Part shown: in pieces, positions 50,107 through 60,642 of the stretch
Layout: the number at the start of each line of letters is the position of its first letter
Numbering within the stretch: the stretch's first letter is position 1
From: Candidatus Latescibacterota bacterium
GTDB lineage: Bacteria; Latescibacterota; UBA2968; UBA8231
Reading direction: 5' to 3'
Assembly (NCBI GenBank): GCA_965248265.1
Contig: CBDFJF010000002.1
Location: 3,904,001 to 3,968,000 of the forward strand
Length of the DNA stretch: 64,000 nucleotides
The notes under the pieces: model-generated
Databases searched by the model: none
What the model was told of the DNA's origin: nothing
What the model saw: only the letters and a program-made list of their open reading frames with translations
Program-made: the position numbers and the translations under genes

Positions 50107-51030
50107 ATGCCCAGACTCGCACTCCTATTCCTCGCATTGACTGTCACATCGTCCCCGTTCTGGGTTGAAACGGCTGGAGCCGCCGAGACTGCCGAAACGG
50201 TGTTGATCCGCCAGACCCTCGACAAAGACCGGGTTGGCCGACGCCGTGGGGACGTCGATCTGATTCGATCTTCCTACGACGAGAACTTCGTCGCCTACAG
50301 CGGCAACGGCTTCGCAGACCCGGTAGGATGGACGGTCCTGTACGAGGATCCTGATACCTACACCGAGGCCTTGGCAGCAGATCTGGCCGCCCATCGCTAT
50401 GACACCGTCCGCAGTGTGCTTTTTCTGACGGTGCTCGAGAACATGGCGATCGGTGCGATCGTCGACTCGGGTGATGTAATCGATCGGAGCTCTCAAACCA
50501 GCCTGCCCTTCAGGGACAAATCGCTGTGGTCGTTTAGAAAAATCGAAGATCGATGGCTGGCACAATCGGTGGTCCAGGCTCTGGGAGATAGTGCTGCAGG
50601 TCCGTTTTCCGGCCCGCGTTCCCCGTCTCCTGAGATTGTGCAATTCCTCGCGGATGATGCCGCTGCTTGGAATGACGGCAATGCTGGCACCATAGCCGGA
50701 TCATTCGACTTGGAATCCCGCATCATCGACGCCAAGAAAAAGTTCGACCCCGCCGGCTGGATCATCCTCTTTACCGGGGTACCCGAGTACAGCGATTGGC
50801 TGGACAGCCGGCTACAGGTCGTTGACTACGAGCTCGAGCGTGAAATCCTCCATGCCAGCGTCGGCGCGGGCGGAACAGAAGCGCTGGCCGTGGCTCATGA
50901 AAAGCTCACTGCCCGACATCAGCTCGGCACAGCAGTTCATAGTACGGAACGCTTCGTCGTATGGACCCTCAGCAAGCGGACCGGCGACTGGCTCGTTACC
51001 AACTTGCTATTAAACTCCCGGCGTCCATAG
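50107..51030 (+). CDS. Secreted protein with two NTF2/SnoaL-like domains
   Basis: Signal peptide; internal duplication (DPVGWTVL / DPAGWIIL; RKIEDRWL / KRTGDWL). Confidence 0.7.
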   Translation: MPRLALLFLALTVTSSPFWVETAGAAETAETVLIRQTLDKDRVGRRRGDVDLIRSSYDENFVAYSGNGFADPVGWTVLYEDPDTYTEALAADLAAHRYDTVRSVLFLTVLENMAIGAIVDSGDVIDRSSQTSLPFRDKSLWSFRKIEDRWLAQSVVQALGDSAAGPFSGPRSPSPEIVQFLADDAAAWNDGNAGTIAGSFDLESRIIDAKKKFDPAGWIILFTGVPEYSDWLDSRLQVVDYELEREILHASVGAGGTEALAVAHEKLTARHQLGTAVHSTERFVVWTLSKRTGDWLVTNLLLNSRRP

Positions 51031-51071
51031 CGCTAACCCTTCACGGAAGACCTTCACGGAAGCGGACACAC

Positions 51072-52316
51072 TTGGCAGAACATCTGAACAACTTCGAAAA
51101 CACCAATCGGCTGTTCGACAAGGCAGCCGATGTTCTCAATCTCGATCAGGAGCTGCGGCTGTTGTTGAAGACGCCCTTCCGGGAACTCAGAGTCGAGTTG
51201 CCGTTGAAGCGCGACGATGGGCAGCTGGAGGTCTTCATCGGCTATCGCGTCCAACACAACGGTGCGCGCGGGCCGATGAAGGGCGGCCTGCGTTTCCACC
51301 CGGAGGTGGATTTCGATGAGGCCCGATCGCTGGCCTCACTGATGACCTGGAAGACGGCCCTCGTCGACGTGCCCTTCGGTGGGGCCAAGGGCGGAATCAC
51401 CTGCAACCCGCATGAGATGTCCGAGAAGGAGGTGGAGCGCCTGACCCGCACATTCACTTCGCGCATCGGCTTTGCTCTGGGCGTTCAGCGTGACATCCCC
51501 GCTCCCGACGTCAATACGAACCCACAGATCATGGCCTGGATCATGGATCAGTATGGCAATCGCTACGGTCATACTCCCGGAATCGTTACCGGAAAACCGG
51601 TAGAGCTCGGAGGCTCCCCGGGCCGCGAGGCAGCCACCGGCAGAGGGGTCAGCGTGATCACGGCCGAGGCCGCCAAGGATGTCGGCATCGAGATGCAAGG
51701 GGCACGCGTTGTGCTGCAGGGGTTCGGGAATGTCGGGTCGTTCACGGCCCAGCTTCTCGCTGACCAGGGCGCCAGCATAGTCGCCGTCAGCGATGCTTCA
51801 GGGGCAGTCTTTAACGGGGACGGCCTGGATGTCGCCGACCTGCTGGAATACACCGCGGGCAGAAACGAGCTGAAAAGCTATGGCTCGGGCGAGAAGTTGA
51901 CGAACGATGAACTTCTGGAACTGGACTGCGACATCCTCATACCCGCTGCTCTGGGCAGCGTTATCACCAAGGAGAACGCGCACCAGATCAAAACCCGTAT
52001 GGTCGTCGAGGCCGCCAACTCTCCGGTGACGACCATCGCCGACGCCATCCTTGAGGAGCGTGAGATAACCGTCGTACCCGACATCCTCGCCAATGCGGGC
52101 GGCGTCACCGGATCGTATTTCGAGTGGGTGCAGAACATCCAGGTGTTTAGCTGGGAAGAAGAAGAGTTCAATCAGAGACTCGATCGCATGATGGGCACGG
52201 CCTACCGCGACGTGGTGGTACTGATGAAACAGCACGAAGTCCCGATGCGAACGGCAGCCTACATGATCGCCATGGACCGGGTCGGCAAGGCTGAGCGGTT
52301 GAGGGGTGGATGGTAG
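51072..52316 (+). CDS. gdhA: Glu/Leu/Phe/Val dehydrogenase (glutamate dehydrogenase)
   Basis: GPMKGGLRFHP, FGGAKGG, PAPDVNT, QGFGNVG, ANAGGV..SYFEW; TTG start inferred. Confidence 0.92.
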   Translation: MAEHLNNFENTNRLFDKAADVLNLDQELRLLLKTPFRELRVELPLKRDDGQLEVFIGYRVQHNGARGPMKGGLRFHPEVDFDEARSLASLMTWKTALVDVPFGGAKGGITCNPHEMSEKEVERLTRTFTSRIGFALGVQRDIPAPDVNTNPQIMAWIMDQYGNRYGHTPGIVTGKPVELGGSPGREAATGRGVSVITAEAAKDVGIEMQGARVVLQGFGNVGSFTAQLLADQGASIVAVSDASGAVFNGDGLDVADLLEYTAGRNELKSYGSGEKLTNDELLELDCDILIPAALGSVITKENAHQIKTRMVVEAANSPVTTIADAILEEREITVVPDILANAGGVTGSYFEWVQNIQVFSWEEEEFNQRLDRMMGTAYRDVVVLMKQHEVPMRTAAYMIAMDRVGKAERLRGGW

Positions 52317-52319
52317 GAC

Positions 52320-54212
52320 GTGGACAAGCTTTCCTGGCTCCTCGTCTTCATCCTCGGGTACTGGGCCTATTGTATTTTCTGGGGCCTGAAGGGAGCACGC
52401 CAGGCGCGTACGGCGAGTGACTATTTTATCGCCGGTCGATCGATCAGTCTTTGGGTCTTCGTCCTGGCCGCCACGGCGACCTCCTTCAGCGGCTGGACCT
52501 TCGTCGGTCATCCGGGCACCATCTATAACGTCGGACTGCCCTACGCCTTCGCCTCCTTCTACGCCATCACCATACCCCTGACAGGCGTAATTTTTCTCAA
52601 GCGTCAGTGGTTGCTGGGCAAACGCTTCGGCTACATCACCCCTGGTGAAATGTTCAGCGACTACTATCGCACCGACTGGATGCGGCTGCTGACGGTCGTC
52701 GTCGCCATGATCTTCAGCATCCCCTACCTGGGCATCCAGCTACGCGCCTCCGGCCTTCTGTTCAACCGCCTCCTTGCCGGCACCGCGCTGGCCGACAGCT
52801 TTGTCGGCACCGTCGAAGGGGGCGCCATTCTGCTGTCGGTCGTCGTCTTCCTGTACGTCGCCTCCGGGGGCCTGCGCTCCGTCGCCTACGTCGACTGCGC
52901 CCAGTGTATCCTGCTGGCGCTGGGGATTGTCGTCCTCGGGTTTGTTGCACTCGACTTCGTGGGCGGATGGGAGAGTTTCAAGATGGGGCTGGCCGGTCTT
53001 GCCCGGGAGAGCAAAGACATGGTGGCGATACCCACGAGGCCCGAATCAACCTCCTTCTTAGAGCGTACCGGCGTCATGTTCTGGGACGCTGCTGGCGGCC
53101 CCTGGACGGGCATGATGATCCTGACCTACATGTTCGCACTCATGGGCATCCAGTCGGCGCCCGCCTTTTCCATGTGGGCCTTCGCCAACAAGGACCCTCG
53201 GCCCTTTCCTCTGCAGCAAGTCTTCGCCTCGTCGCTGGTGATCGGAGGCATCATGTTTTTTTTCACTGCCTTTCAAGGATTGGCCGGCACCATCAGCGAT
53301 CGTGGTATCCTGTCGGGTGTTGCCAAACTGGGCCTTCCGCTGAACAGCGAGGGCAAGCCGATCTCTGACTATCTGGTGCCCTATCTCATCGACAGCTTGT
53401 CCTCGGGATTTCCCTGGCTGGTCGGTCTGTTGGCCGTGTGCGCCCTGGCGGCGATGCAATCGACAGGGGCAGCCTACATGTCGACGGCCAGCGGCATAAT
53501 TACCCGCGACCTCTACAAGCACTTCTTCAACAAGGAAGCATCCCACCGTGCGCAGGTCACCGTCGGCCGTGTCAGCGTCGCCCTGATCGTGTCCGCGGCC
53601 CTGATGGTGGGTCTGTCGAGCGGCGATCTGCTGGTGTTGCTGGGAGGAGCAGCAGTCTCCTATGGCTTTCAGATGTGGCCGGCACTGCTGGGCATCTGCT
53701 ACATCCGCTTCTTCACTCCGGCTGGTGTGGTTTGTGGATTAATTGCCGGGGTTACGGCCGTCACCTTCACCTACGCCACCCAGCTCGGCGACCTGATCGG
53801 TATTGGCCGCTATCCGCTTACCATCCACAGTGCCGGCTGGGGCATCCTGTTCAATCTTGGCTTCACCGTAATCGTCTCCGCGTTTACCCAACCTCGCGAC
53901 CGTGAATCCATCTCCCGGCGTGACGGCTATCACGATTTCATCCACGGCCATACTCAACTCTCACCTCAAAAACGCCGATGGCGTAAACCAATTTGGACCC
54001 TGACGATCGTCTGGTTCCTGTTCGCCATCGGCCCCTTCGCCGTCCTGGGCAATGAAGCCGACCCCAATGCCTGGTCGTTCGGCATCCCCAGCTTGTGGAT
54101 CTGGCAGATCGTATGGTGGCTTGTTGGCTGCATCGTCATGTACCTCTTGGCCTTCAAGCTCGAGATGTCTACGGCGCCAAAGGACGAAGTCATGGCGGCC
54201 GCTGCCGAATAA
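52320..54212 (+). CDS. Sodium:solute symporter
   Basis: DYFIAGRS, SGWTFVGHPG, GGLRSVAY.D, AAMQST. Confidence 0.92.
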   Translation: MDKLSWLLVFILGYWAYCIFWGLKGARQARTASDYFIAGRSISLWVFVLAATATSFSGWTFVGHPGTIYNVGLPYAFASFYAITIPLTGVIFLKRQWLLGKRFGYITPGEMFSDYYRTDWMRLLTVVVAMIFSIPYLGIQLRASGLLFNRLLAGTALADSFVGTVEGGAILLSVVVFLYVASGGLRSVAYVDCAQCILLALGIVVLGFVALDFVGGWESFKMGLAGLARESKDMVAIPTRPESTSFLERTGVMFWDAAGGPWTGMMILTYMFALMGIQSAPAFSMWAFANKDPRPFPLQQVFASSLVIGGIMFFFTAFQGLAGTISDRGILSGVAKLGLPLNSEGKPISDYLVPYLIDSLSSGFPWLVGLLAVCALAAMQSTGAAYMSTASGIITRDLYKHFFNKEASHRAQVTVGRVSVALIVSAALMVGLSSGDLLVLLGGAAVSYGFQMWPALLGICYIRFFTPAGVVCGLIAGVTAVTFTYATQLGDLIGIGRYPLTIHSAGWGILFNLGFTVIVSAFTQPRDRESISRRDGYHDFIHGHTQLSPQKRRWRKPIWTLTIVWFLFAIGPFAVLGNEADPNAWSFGIPSLWIWQIVWWLVGCIVMYLLAFKLEMSTAPKDEVMAAAAE

Positions 54213-54227
54213 AAGCAGGCACTCATC

Positions 54228-55922
54228 GTGGCGGCCCGTTCAGTACGCTTCCTTCTTGCCCTCCTGATCAGCTGCGGCATCTCCGTTTCGCTGCCGGAAC
54301 TCGACGGTGTCAGCGGCTGGGCGCTGTTCCCCCCGTTGACTGCCGTTCTCGTGGCCGTATTCACGGGCAGGCTGATACTGGGCCTTTCCACGGCGGTGGT
54401 GGGCACGGCGGCAGTCAGTCTGGTCTCGACCATACCGCCGCTGCAGCTGCCGGCGGCCGTCGTGCACCGTGCGTTCGCCGAGTTTATCTGGCAGCCTCTG
54501 AATTCCAGCTTCCAGCCGTTCGTCCTGTTCTTCACGGTAAGCCTCATCGGCATGGTCCGTGTCGTGTCTCTGGCCGGGGGTACCCAGGGAATTGCTCAGG
54601 CGCTGGCGCGCCGGGCTGAAGGCGCGCGGTCGACACGTCTGGCCACCTTCGCCATGGGACTGGCCATCTTTTTCGATGACTACGCCAACACCATGGTGGT
54701 CGGAACGACGATGAGACCGGTTGCCGAGCGCTTCCACATTTCGCGCGAGAAGATCGCCTACATCGTCGATTCCACGGCAGCACCTGTGGCTGGGGTTGCC
54801 CTGATCAGCACATGGATTGGCTACGAAGTCGGTTTGTTCGGCGAGGCCATGGCTGGCACGGGGTCAGCGGTTTCCGGCTATGAGTTATTTTTGAGAGCGC
54901 TGCCGTCCCGCTTCTACTGTCTGCTGACCCTCCTGTTTGTCGCCTCCTCCATTCTGCTGCGGCGCGATTTCGGACCGATGTTGCGGGCGGAACGTCGGGC
55001 TCACTCCGGTGACTCCATGACGGGCGTGAACACGACCGACGAGAGCGCTCAAATCGAGGGCCTCTCTGCCCAACCCGGCGTCGACCCACACTGGGCGTAC
55101 GCCGTAGTGCCGGTTGCCTGTGTCATCGCTGGTGTCATCGCGGGGATGCATCTGGATAGCTGGCACGCTGCGGCAGTGGAAGAGGCGCGCCGGCATCACG
55201 CCTTCTGGAGCCGGGATTACTGGACCATCGTTTTCGGAAATGCTGAGGGAGCCAAGGTCATGTTCCTGGCATCCCTGGCAGGCACGGCGTTGGCCTTCGC
55301 CATCGCCCTGACTCGCCGAGCGTCCGATGGGCACCGGCCCATCACCCCCATGATGGCCTTGAAAAGCTGGGGCGGTGGGAGAAGCGGCGCTCTACACATG
55401 GTGACCATCCTGGCGATCCTCACGCTGGCCTGGGCCATAAAGGAAGCCTGTAACGCAGTGAGCACCTCCGCTTACCTTGTTAGTGCCGTGGGCGCTGAGA
55501 TTCCACCCACCACCCTGCCCCTGCTGGTGTTCCTGTTGGCTTCGGTTGTCTCTTTCGCCATCGGCACCTCATGGACGACGATGGCCATCCTGATTCCTAC
55601 CATGATTCCGCTCGCTCACGAGTTGGGGGGGCTTCCCATCGTTGTACTGGTCGCAGCCGCCGTACTGGATGGGGCCATCTTTGGTGACCATTGCTCGCCG
55701 ATCAGCGACACCACCGTGCTCGCGAGCGCGGCCACATCTTGCGATCACCTCAATCACGTACGGACGCAGATACCCTATGCCGTCTGCACCATGGGGATCG
55801 CCGCCCTGTGCGGCTACCTCGGCTCGGCGCTCTGGTCGGCCTATACCGGGCTTGGTTTGGGGGCCGTCTGTGTGTTGGTGTTGTTACTCGTACTGGGTCG
55901 CAATCCGGACGCCGTGGACTGA
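54228..55922 (+). CDS. NhaC-family Na+/H+ antiporter-like transporter
   Basis: IFFDDYAN, SREKIAYIVDSTAAP, GTSW, GAIFGDHCSPISDTT. Confidence 0.9.
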   Translation: MAARSVRFLLALLISCGISVSLPELDGVSGWALFPPLTAVLVAVFTGRLILGLSTAVVGTAAVSLVSTIPPLQLPAAVVHRAFAEFIWQPLNSSFQPFVLFFTVSLIGMVRVVSLAGGTQGIAQALARRAEGARSTRLATFAMGLAIFFDDYANTMVVGTTMRPVAERFHISREKIAYIVDSTAAPVAGVALISTWIGYEVGLFGEAMAGTGSAVSGYELFLRALPSRFYCLLTLLFVASSILLRRDFGPMLRAERRAHSGDSMTGVNTTDESAQIEGLSAQPGVDPHWAYAVVPVACVIAGVIAGMHLDSWHAAAVEEARRHHAFWSRDYWTIVFGNAEGAKVMFLASLAGTALAFAIALTRRASDGHRPITPMMALKSWGGGRSGALHMVTILAILTLAWAIKEACNAVSTSAYLVSAVGAEIPPTTLPLLVFLLASVVSFAIGTSWTTMAILIPTMIPLAHELGGLPIVVLVAAAVLDGAIFGDHCSPISDTTVLASAATSCDHLNHVRTQIPYAVCTMGIAALCGYLGSALWSAYTGLGLGAVCVLVLLLVLGRNPDAVD

Positions 55923-55925
55923 TCG

Positions 55926-56471
55926 CTACCAGCTGGCCGTCATGCGGTCGACGATTTCCTCGATGATCATGCCTAATGCTGCCTCGATTGCCGGATCCCT
56001 GCCATCCTCATCGGGCAACCCCTCGTCATAGGTCCCCCAACCCGATAGCTCCTCGAGCTCAAGCAGCACGCTCTGATCCGAACTCCTCGTCAAGGCGGCG
56101 GTAACGAAGAGCTGAATGCGGTACTGTTCAGTCTGCTCAGCCGCCGTGTAGGTAAACGGTCGATCGACGATGCGCCGCAACTGCAGGCCGAGCACCGCAT
56201 CGGCGCTTCCCTCGTCCACAACCCTCAACCTGCCATCTTCAGCAAAACCGTCCGTCGTCCTTTCACTCAGCAGGTCGGCGATGCGCTCTTCGGCGGTGTC
56301 GTTCTCAGCCAGGGGGATCGCCACGCTTCGTATGCCACCGATCAACCCGGAACTGGTCGAGTACCGGGCACATCCGAGCAAGCAGCACAGAATCACGCAA
56401 AGAGCGAGCGGCAGCAGGCCTCCCCTCCCCGAACACACGTCAACGCGCATGCGGTGCATGCGAGAAATCAC
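55926..56471 (-). CDS. lptE: LptE-like lipoprotein
   Basis: LLGC lipobox, IRSVAIP..EN.T, ADAVL, terminal W; the start may lie further downstream. Confidence 0.7.
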   Translation of the reverse strand: MISRMHRMRVDVCSGRGGLLPLALCVILCCLLGCARYSTSSGLIGGIRSVAIPLAENDTAEERIADLLSERTTDGFAEDGRLRVVDEGSADAVLGLQLRRIVDRPFTYTAAEQTEQYRIQLFVTAALTRSSDQSVLLELEELSGWGTYDEGLPDEDGRDPAIEAALGMIIEEIVDRMTASW

Positions 56472-57046
56472 GCGGAAGATGATTGATTATCTGCGGGTGG
56501 TTGAGTCTCAGCTTCGACCTTGCTCTCGCCGGACTCCTGCAAAGTGTCGTAGGTCGTCGACGGCAGGTCCTGCGCGCTGCCGCCGGTTTCCGGCTTGTCA
56601 GTAGCTGGTTGTTCGGCTGACTCCATGAGGTCAGCCAGTTCCACACGACGCGCAAGATCGCCAACCTCTATCGGCTTTACGGCTGGGCGACCGGCCATGC
56701 CACTGGTACGGACGTCGAGTGCGTTGCGGTTGCCCTCGCGTTCGCCGTAGAGACCGAATGAATGGCGCACCATGAGCGTGCTCAAGGTGCCGGAGGTTTC
56801 GGCCTGAGCCGTCAATGACGACCGCACCGTGCTCATCCTCTCCTGCACATGCGTTACCACGACGCGCGCCTTCGCCACCTCCCACTGCCCCAGGCTGTCG
56901 CCGGTATCCGGATCGGTGATTTCCTGGTGTTGGGCAACGACATCGAACAGCATGCCCTCTTTAACCCCCATCTGGCTCCCGGCATTCAACACCAAGGTCG
57001 TATCATCCATGACGGCCGCGACCTTGGCGACGATGGTGTCAGTCAT
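56468..57046 (-). CDS. Hypothetical protein (FlgT C-terminal-like)
   Basis: LVLNAGSQMGVKEGM.F.V...ITDPDTG.SLG. Confidence 0.65.
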   Translation of the reverse strand: MTDTIVAKVAAVMDDTTLVLNAGSQMGVKEGMLFDVVAQHQEITDPDTGDSLGQWEVAKARVVVTHVQERMSTVRSSLTAQAETSGTLSTLMVRHSFGLYGEREGNRNALDVRTSGMAGRPAVKPIEVGDLARRVELADLMESAEQPATDKPETGGSAQDLPSTTYDTLQESGESKVEAETQPPADNQSSSA

Positions 57047-57138
57047 CCGTGTGTCCCTCTTCTACTACAACAAAAGCCGGCTCGCGAAAGAATCGCCAGC
57101 CGGCCAGGTGAAGTCGCTGCAAACTATTCGTTCCCCAC

Positions 57139-58173
57139 TCACTCCCCGGTGTTGGCTGCCATCCAATTCGTTATCGTATCGTCGCTCTCCCAGTCGAGAA
57201 GGTGAAGCGAGGGATCGACATACCCCCCGTCAGCGCTGCGAAGTCGCTTCTGAAGCCGGACTGCGTAATGCAGGTGGGGACCCGTGGAGCGACCGCTGTT
57301 GCCCATGGTCCCGATCACATCTCCGCGCTTGACACGGTCGCCCTTTTCTACATGCCGATGCTCGAGATGACCGTATTCGGTGCGCCACTTACCGGGAACC
57401 GTAAAGAACTCGCCATCGTCGTTGACCCCTTGGGCATCATGACGGACGACAATGGCGTTGCCCAGTTTAGTCTTGTTGTCGCGAGAATAGACCACCACAC
57501 CGTCCGCCGTGGCGTAGATGGGGGTCCCCTTGCGCCCCGCGAAGTCTATGCCGTTGTGGCGCATTGGAAGCCCGGTGAACGGATCTTCGCGCTTGCCGAA
57601 CTCGGAGGAAACCCAGGTCCAATCCCTGGGAACCGGCGCGATGCTCGGCAGGGTCGTCCTGTTCTTCTCACTCTTCAGGAAGTTCGCACGGATTACCTCG
57701 AAACTGCTTTCCTGGAGTTTTGTCTCGATCTGAAGCCGGTTGATACGCGAACTGATGTCCTCAAGCAGGCGCCGTTTGGCCGGAGACAATTGAGTGTAGT
57801 CGTCGGGCAGGTCTTCCAGCCCTCCTCCCCTACCACCCATGCGATCATCTTCCGTGAGGACATCCATGTCGTGCAGATTGCGCAGGATCTGGTCGTCCAC
57901 GGCAAGCGCCTTCATCGCCTGAACCATCTCATCGATCTCTTTTTCGTTCCGCTCCAAACCGTCGACAAGGACCGCGTTTTGTTCCTGTAAAGACGCGATG
58001 ATGCCCTGCTCCTCGGTGTGTGCGTAGTACCCGAGTGAGTAGTAGCATAGGGCGCCGACGAAGGCGAGGCAGAAAACGCCTAGCAACAACAACAGTTTCG
58101 TCGAGAACTTGAACTCGTGAACCTGCCCGTCATTTGGCGGAATTACTATGAAAGTAACACGTTTTCTCGGCAT
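57139..58173 (-). CDS. M23 family peptidase with N-terminal TM and coiled coil
   Basis: HNGIDF, YGHL, STGPHLHY. Confidence 0.92.
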   Translation of the reverse strand: MPRKRVTFIVIPPNDGQVHEFKFSTKLLLLLGVFCLAFVGALCYYSLGYYAHTEEQGIIASLQEQNAVLVDGLERNEKEIDEMVQAMKALAVDDQILRNLHDMDVLTEDDRMGGRGGGLEDLPDDYTQLSPAKRRLLEDISSRINRLQIETKLQESSFEVIRANFLKSEKNRTTLPSIAPVPRDWTWVSSEFGKREDPFTGLPMRHNGIDFAGRKGTPIYATADGVVVYSRDNKTKLGNAIVVRHDAQGVNDDGEFFTVPGKWRTEYGHLEHRHVEKGDRVKRGDVIGTMGNSGRSTGPHLHYAVRLQKRLRSADGGYVDPSLHLLDWESDDTITNWMAANTGE

Positions 58174-58540
58174 GGTGCGGAGGGTCTACCTGAGCGCAGG
58201 GAAGGGTGATTCTGTCTCGAAAAATTCCATAATAGTACTGGCCGCCAATTTAGCCTCTCATTTAGTAAATGTCAATACATACACGACTTGCGCTGAATCC
58301 TTGCAACAGCAGTTGCTCTCTCGGTATCGGCACCTGCGCCCCTTCACTGCAGGCGCCGCTGACCAGCCATCGGTTGATCCAACCGTTCCGGGCGCGTTGC
58401 CGAGCCCCGTTGCGGCTGTAGACACAGATACCTAAGTTTGTGTTTTATGGTCACTTCCGTTCCCAAAACCAGCTGGCAGCAGCAGTCAACGACTACTCCG
58501 TGGTGATCCGGTTATCCACCAATCAACAACAATACAGGGG

Positions 58541-60433
58541 GTGAGGATGAAAGGCGGTATGGCCACGGTGTTGTGTCTGGTAGCCGTGCTCTCGGGTGAC
58601 AACCGAGTCGACGCGTCAGGCTCCACGAAGGATGAGTTCAAGACCTATCTGATACCAGTGGTCCAACACATACGCGACTATTACATAGACGAGGTCTCTC
58701 CTGACACCCTGATGCAGGCTGGAGTTAGGGGGATTTTCCACACCCTTGATCCTGCTTCCGATTACGACATTACCTCCGACGCCGTTGACTGGAACACCAA
58801 CATGTCGATCCTGCAGGCGATCACAAGTGAGGTGGACACCAAGGCGTTCTACTCCGTTGGGCCTGACACGCTCATCCGCGCGGGCATCGGTGGCATGATG
58901 TCCGTCCTCGACCCGGACACCGTGTTCCTGGAGAAACTCAACCTGGACAACTTCCTCATCAACACCCGGGGAAAGTACGGCGGCCTTGGCTTCCGTATTC
59001 AGGTCGTATACCCTGACAGTGCCATCGCGGTGTCCTCCTTATTGCACGATGAAACCCCTGCCGCCAGGGCAGGGGTTCGCTCCGGCGACCTCATAACGGC
59101 CATCGACGACAGTGTCACCACCCACATGACGGCGAGTGACGCCGCCAAGTTGATGCGTGGCGACGAAAACACACCGGTCACGTTGACGATCGAGCGGGCG
59201 GGTCACGATGAACCGCTGTACATCACCATCGTGCGCGAGGTAATACAGATCAAGTCCGTCCCCTACTATGGCCTGCTGGCTGATTCCACCGGGTACATCA
59301 AACTCAGCGCCTTTCAGAAAAACTCTGCAAACGAGGTTCGAAAGGCTTTGAAGAGCGTGCTGGCCGCAGGCGGCAGGAGCTTGATCTTCGACTTGCGACA
59401 AAACGGCGGTGGGTATCTCGATGAGGCGGTCAAGACGGCCGATTTGTTCCTGCCCAAGGATAGACTGGTCGTGTTCACGGCCGGCCGGGCCTTCAAGGAC
59501 ACGACCAAATACGTGACCCGAAACGAAGCGATGCTAGAGGATGACTTCCCCCTGATCATCCTTGTCGATGGACACTCCGCGAGCGCATCCGAGATTGTCT
59601 CGGGAGCCGTTCAGGACTGGGATCGAGGCCTCATCATTGGCGGACCGACGGTGGGCAAGGGGTCCGTCCAACAGACCGTCCCGATCGGTGACAGAGCCGA
59701 ACTCAAACTGACGATGGCGGCCTATTTCTTGCCCAGCGGACGATCGATTGACAAGCGCATGCGCAAAGATTCCACCCTGGTCGCACTCGCTGACAGAGAG
59801 TTCCGTACCAAAATCCTCGGCCGCATCGCCCATGGGGCCGGTGGCGTCACCCCGGATATTCCCATGGATCGACGTCGACGGACCCCGCTCTATTCGCAGC
59901 TGGATGGCTGGCGCACTTGGGACAGCAAATTCTTTCGGTACACCAGACAGTACCACGTGGACCACCCCGAAATCACGGAAGACTTCGTTGCCGACAAGTC
60001 AACGCTCGATGATTTCAAGGACTTCACGGAGGAGCGGGAATTCGAGTACGTGAGCGAGGTCGAGAAACGCCTGGAGGGGTTGAGTCAACACCTGGAAGAA
60101 GAAGAGGCGTTGGATGACCTGAAGAAGCCGATGCGCCGACTCCGTGAGGAGATCGAGGAGATCGAGGAGAACCACTGGGAAGCGAATGAGGAACTGATCG
60201 AATGGAGACTGACATACGACATTCTCGAGAAGAACCTCGGTATCTGGAGTGCTCACCGCTACGATGTCACCATGGACCCTCAAATCCAACGCGCCGTCGA
60301 GATACTCTCCTCTCCCCACGACTACGAGAGCTACCTCAGCCGCCGTGAAATCGGTGTCGATGACGACGATGAGTCCGTCGATGACGACGATGAGTCCGTC
60401 GCGGCCACAGCGGATTCGGTGACATCTCAGTGA
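58541..60433 (+). CDS. ctpA: S41 carboxy-terminal processing protease (PDZ)
   Basis: YGGLG, DLRQNGGG, SASASEIV, GKGSVQ. Confidence 0.9.
   Translation: MRMKGGMATVLCLVAVLSGDNRVDASGSTKDEFKTYLIPVVQHIRDYYIDEVSPDTLMQAGVRGIFHTLDPASDYDITSDAVDWNTNMSILQAITSEVDTKAFYSVGPDTLIRAGIGGMMSVLDPDTVFLEKLNLDNFLINTRGKYGGLGFRIQVVYPDSAIAVSSLLHDETPAARAGVRSGDLITAIDDSVTTHMTASDAAKLMRGDENTPVTLTIERAGHDEPLYITIVREVIQIKSVPYYGLLADSTGYIKLSAFQKNSANEVRKALKSVLAAGGRSLIFDLRQNGGGYLDEAVKTADLFLPKDRLVVFTAGRAFKDTTKYVTRNEAMLEDDFPLIILVDGHSASASEIVSGAVQDWDRGLIIGGPTVGKGSVQQTVPIGDRAELKLTMAAYFLPSGRSIDKRMRKDSTLVALADREFRTKILGRIAHGAGGVTPDIPMDRRRRTPLYSQLDGWRTWDSKFFRYTRQYHVDHPEITEDFVADKSTLDDFKDFTEEREFEYVSEVEKRLEGLSQHLEEEEALDDLKKPMRRLREEIEEIEENHWEANEELIEWRLTYDILEKNLGIWSAHRYDVTMDPQIQRAVEILSSPHDYESYLSRREIGVDDDDESVDDDDESVAATADSVTSQ
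60356..60401 (+). repeat. 21-bp in-frame tandem repeat (VDDDDES x2)
   Basis: GTCGATGACGACGATGAGTCC twice, then GTCG. Confidence 0.9.
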
Positions 60434-60642
60434 CTGATCCGTCGTACGTCCGTCTCACAAAAGCTTAACCCTTTGTAATTAAACAAGATAGGAAACCGCA
60501 CTCCATCCATTCAGCCATTGCTGCCTTGAATCGCTGGTGAGCGCTAGTTAGTTTTGGCGCTGTCGATTGCTGCTATATCATCGATATCGCGTTGCTGCTG
60601 GATCGGGAAAACAATTCGCAAGGTAAATGTTATCAACACGTT

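Noticed and set aside
60356-60401. Tandem repeat as a phase-variation switch
   Set aside because: In-frame 21-bp unit in an acidic tail; copy-number change would not shift the frame
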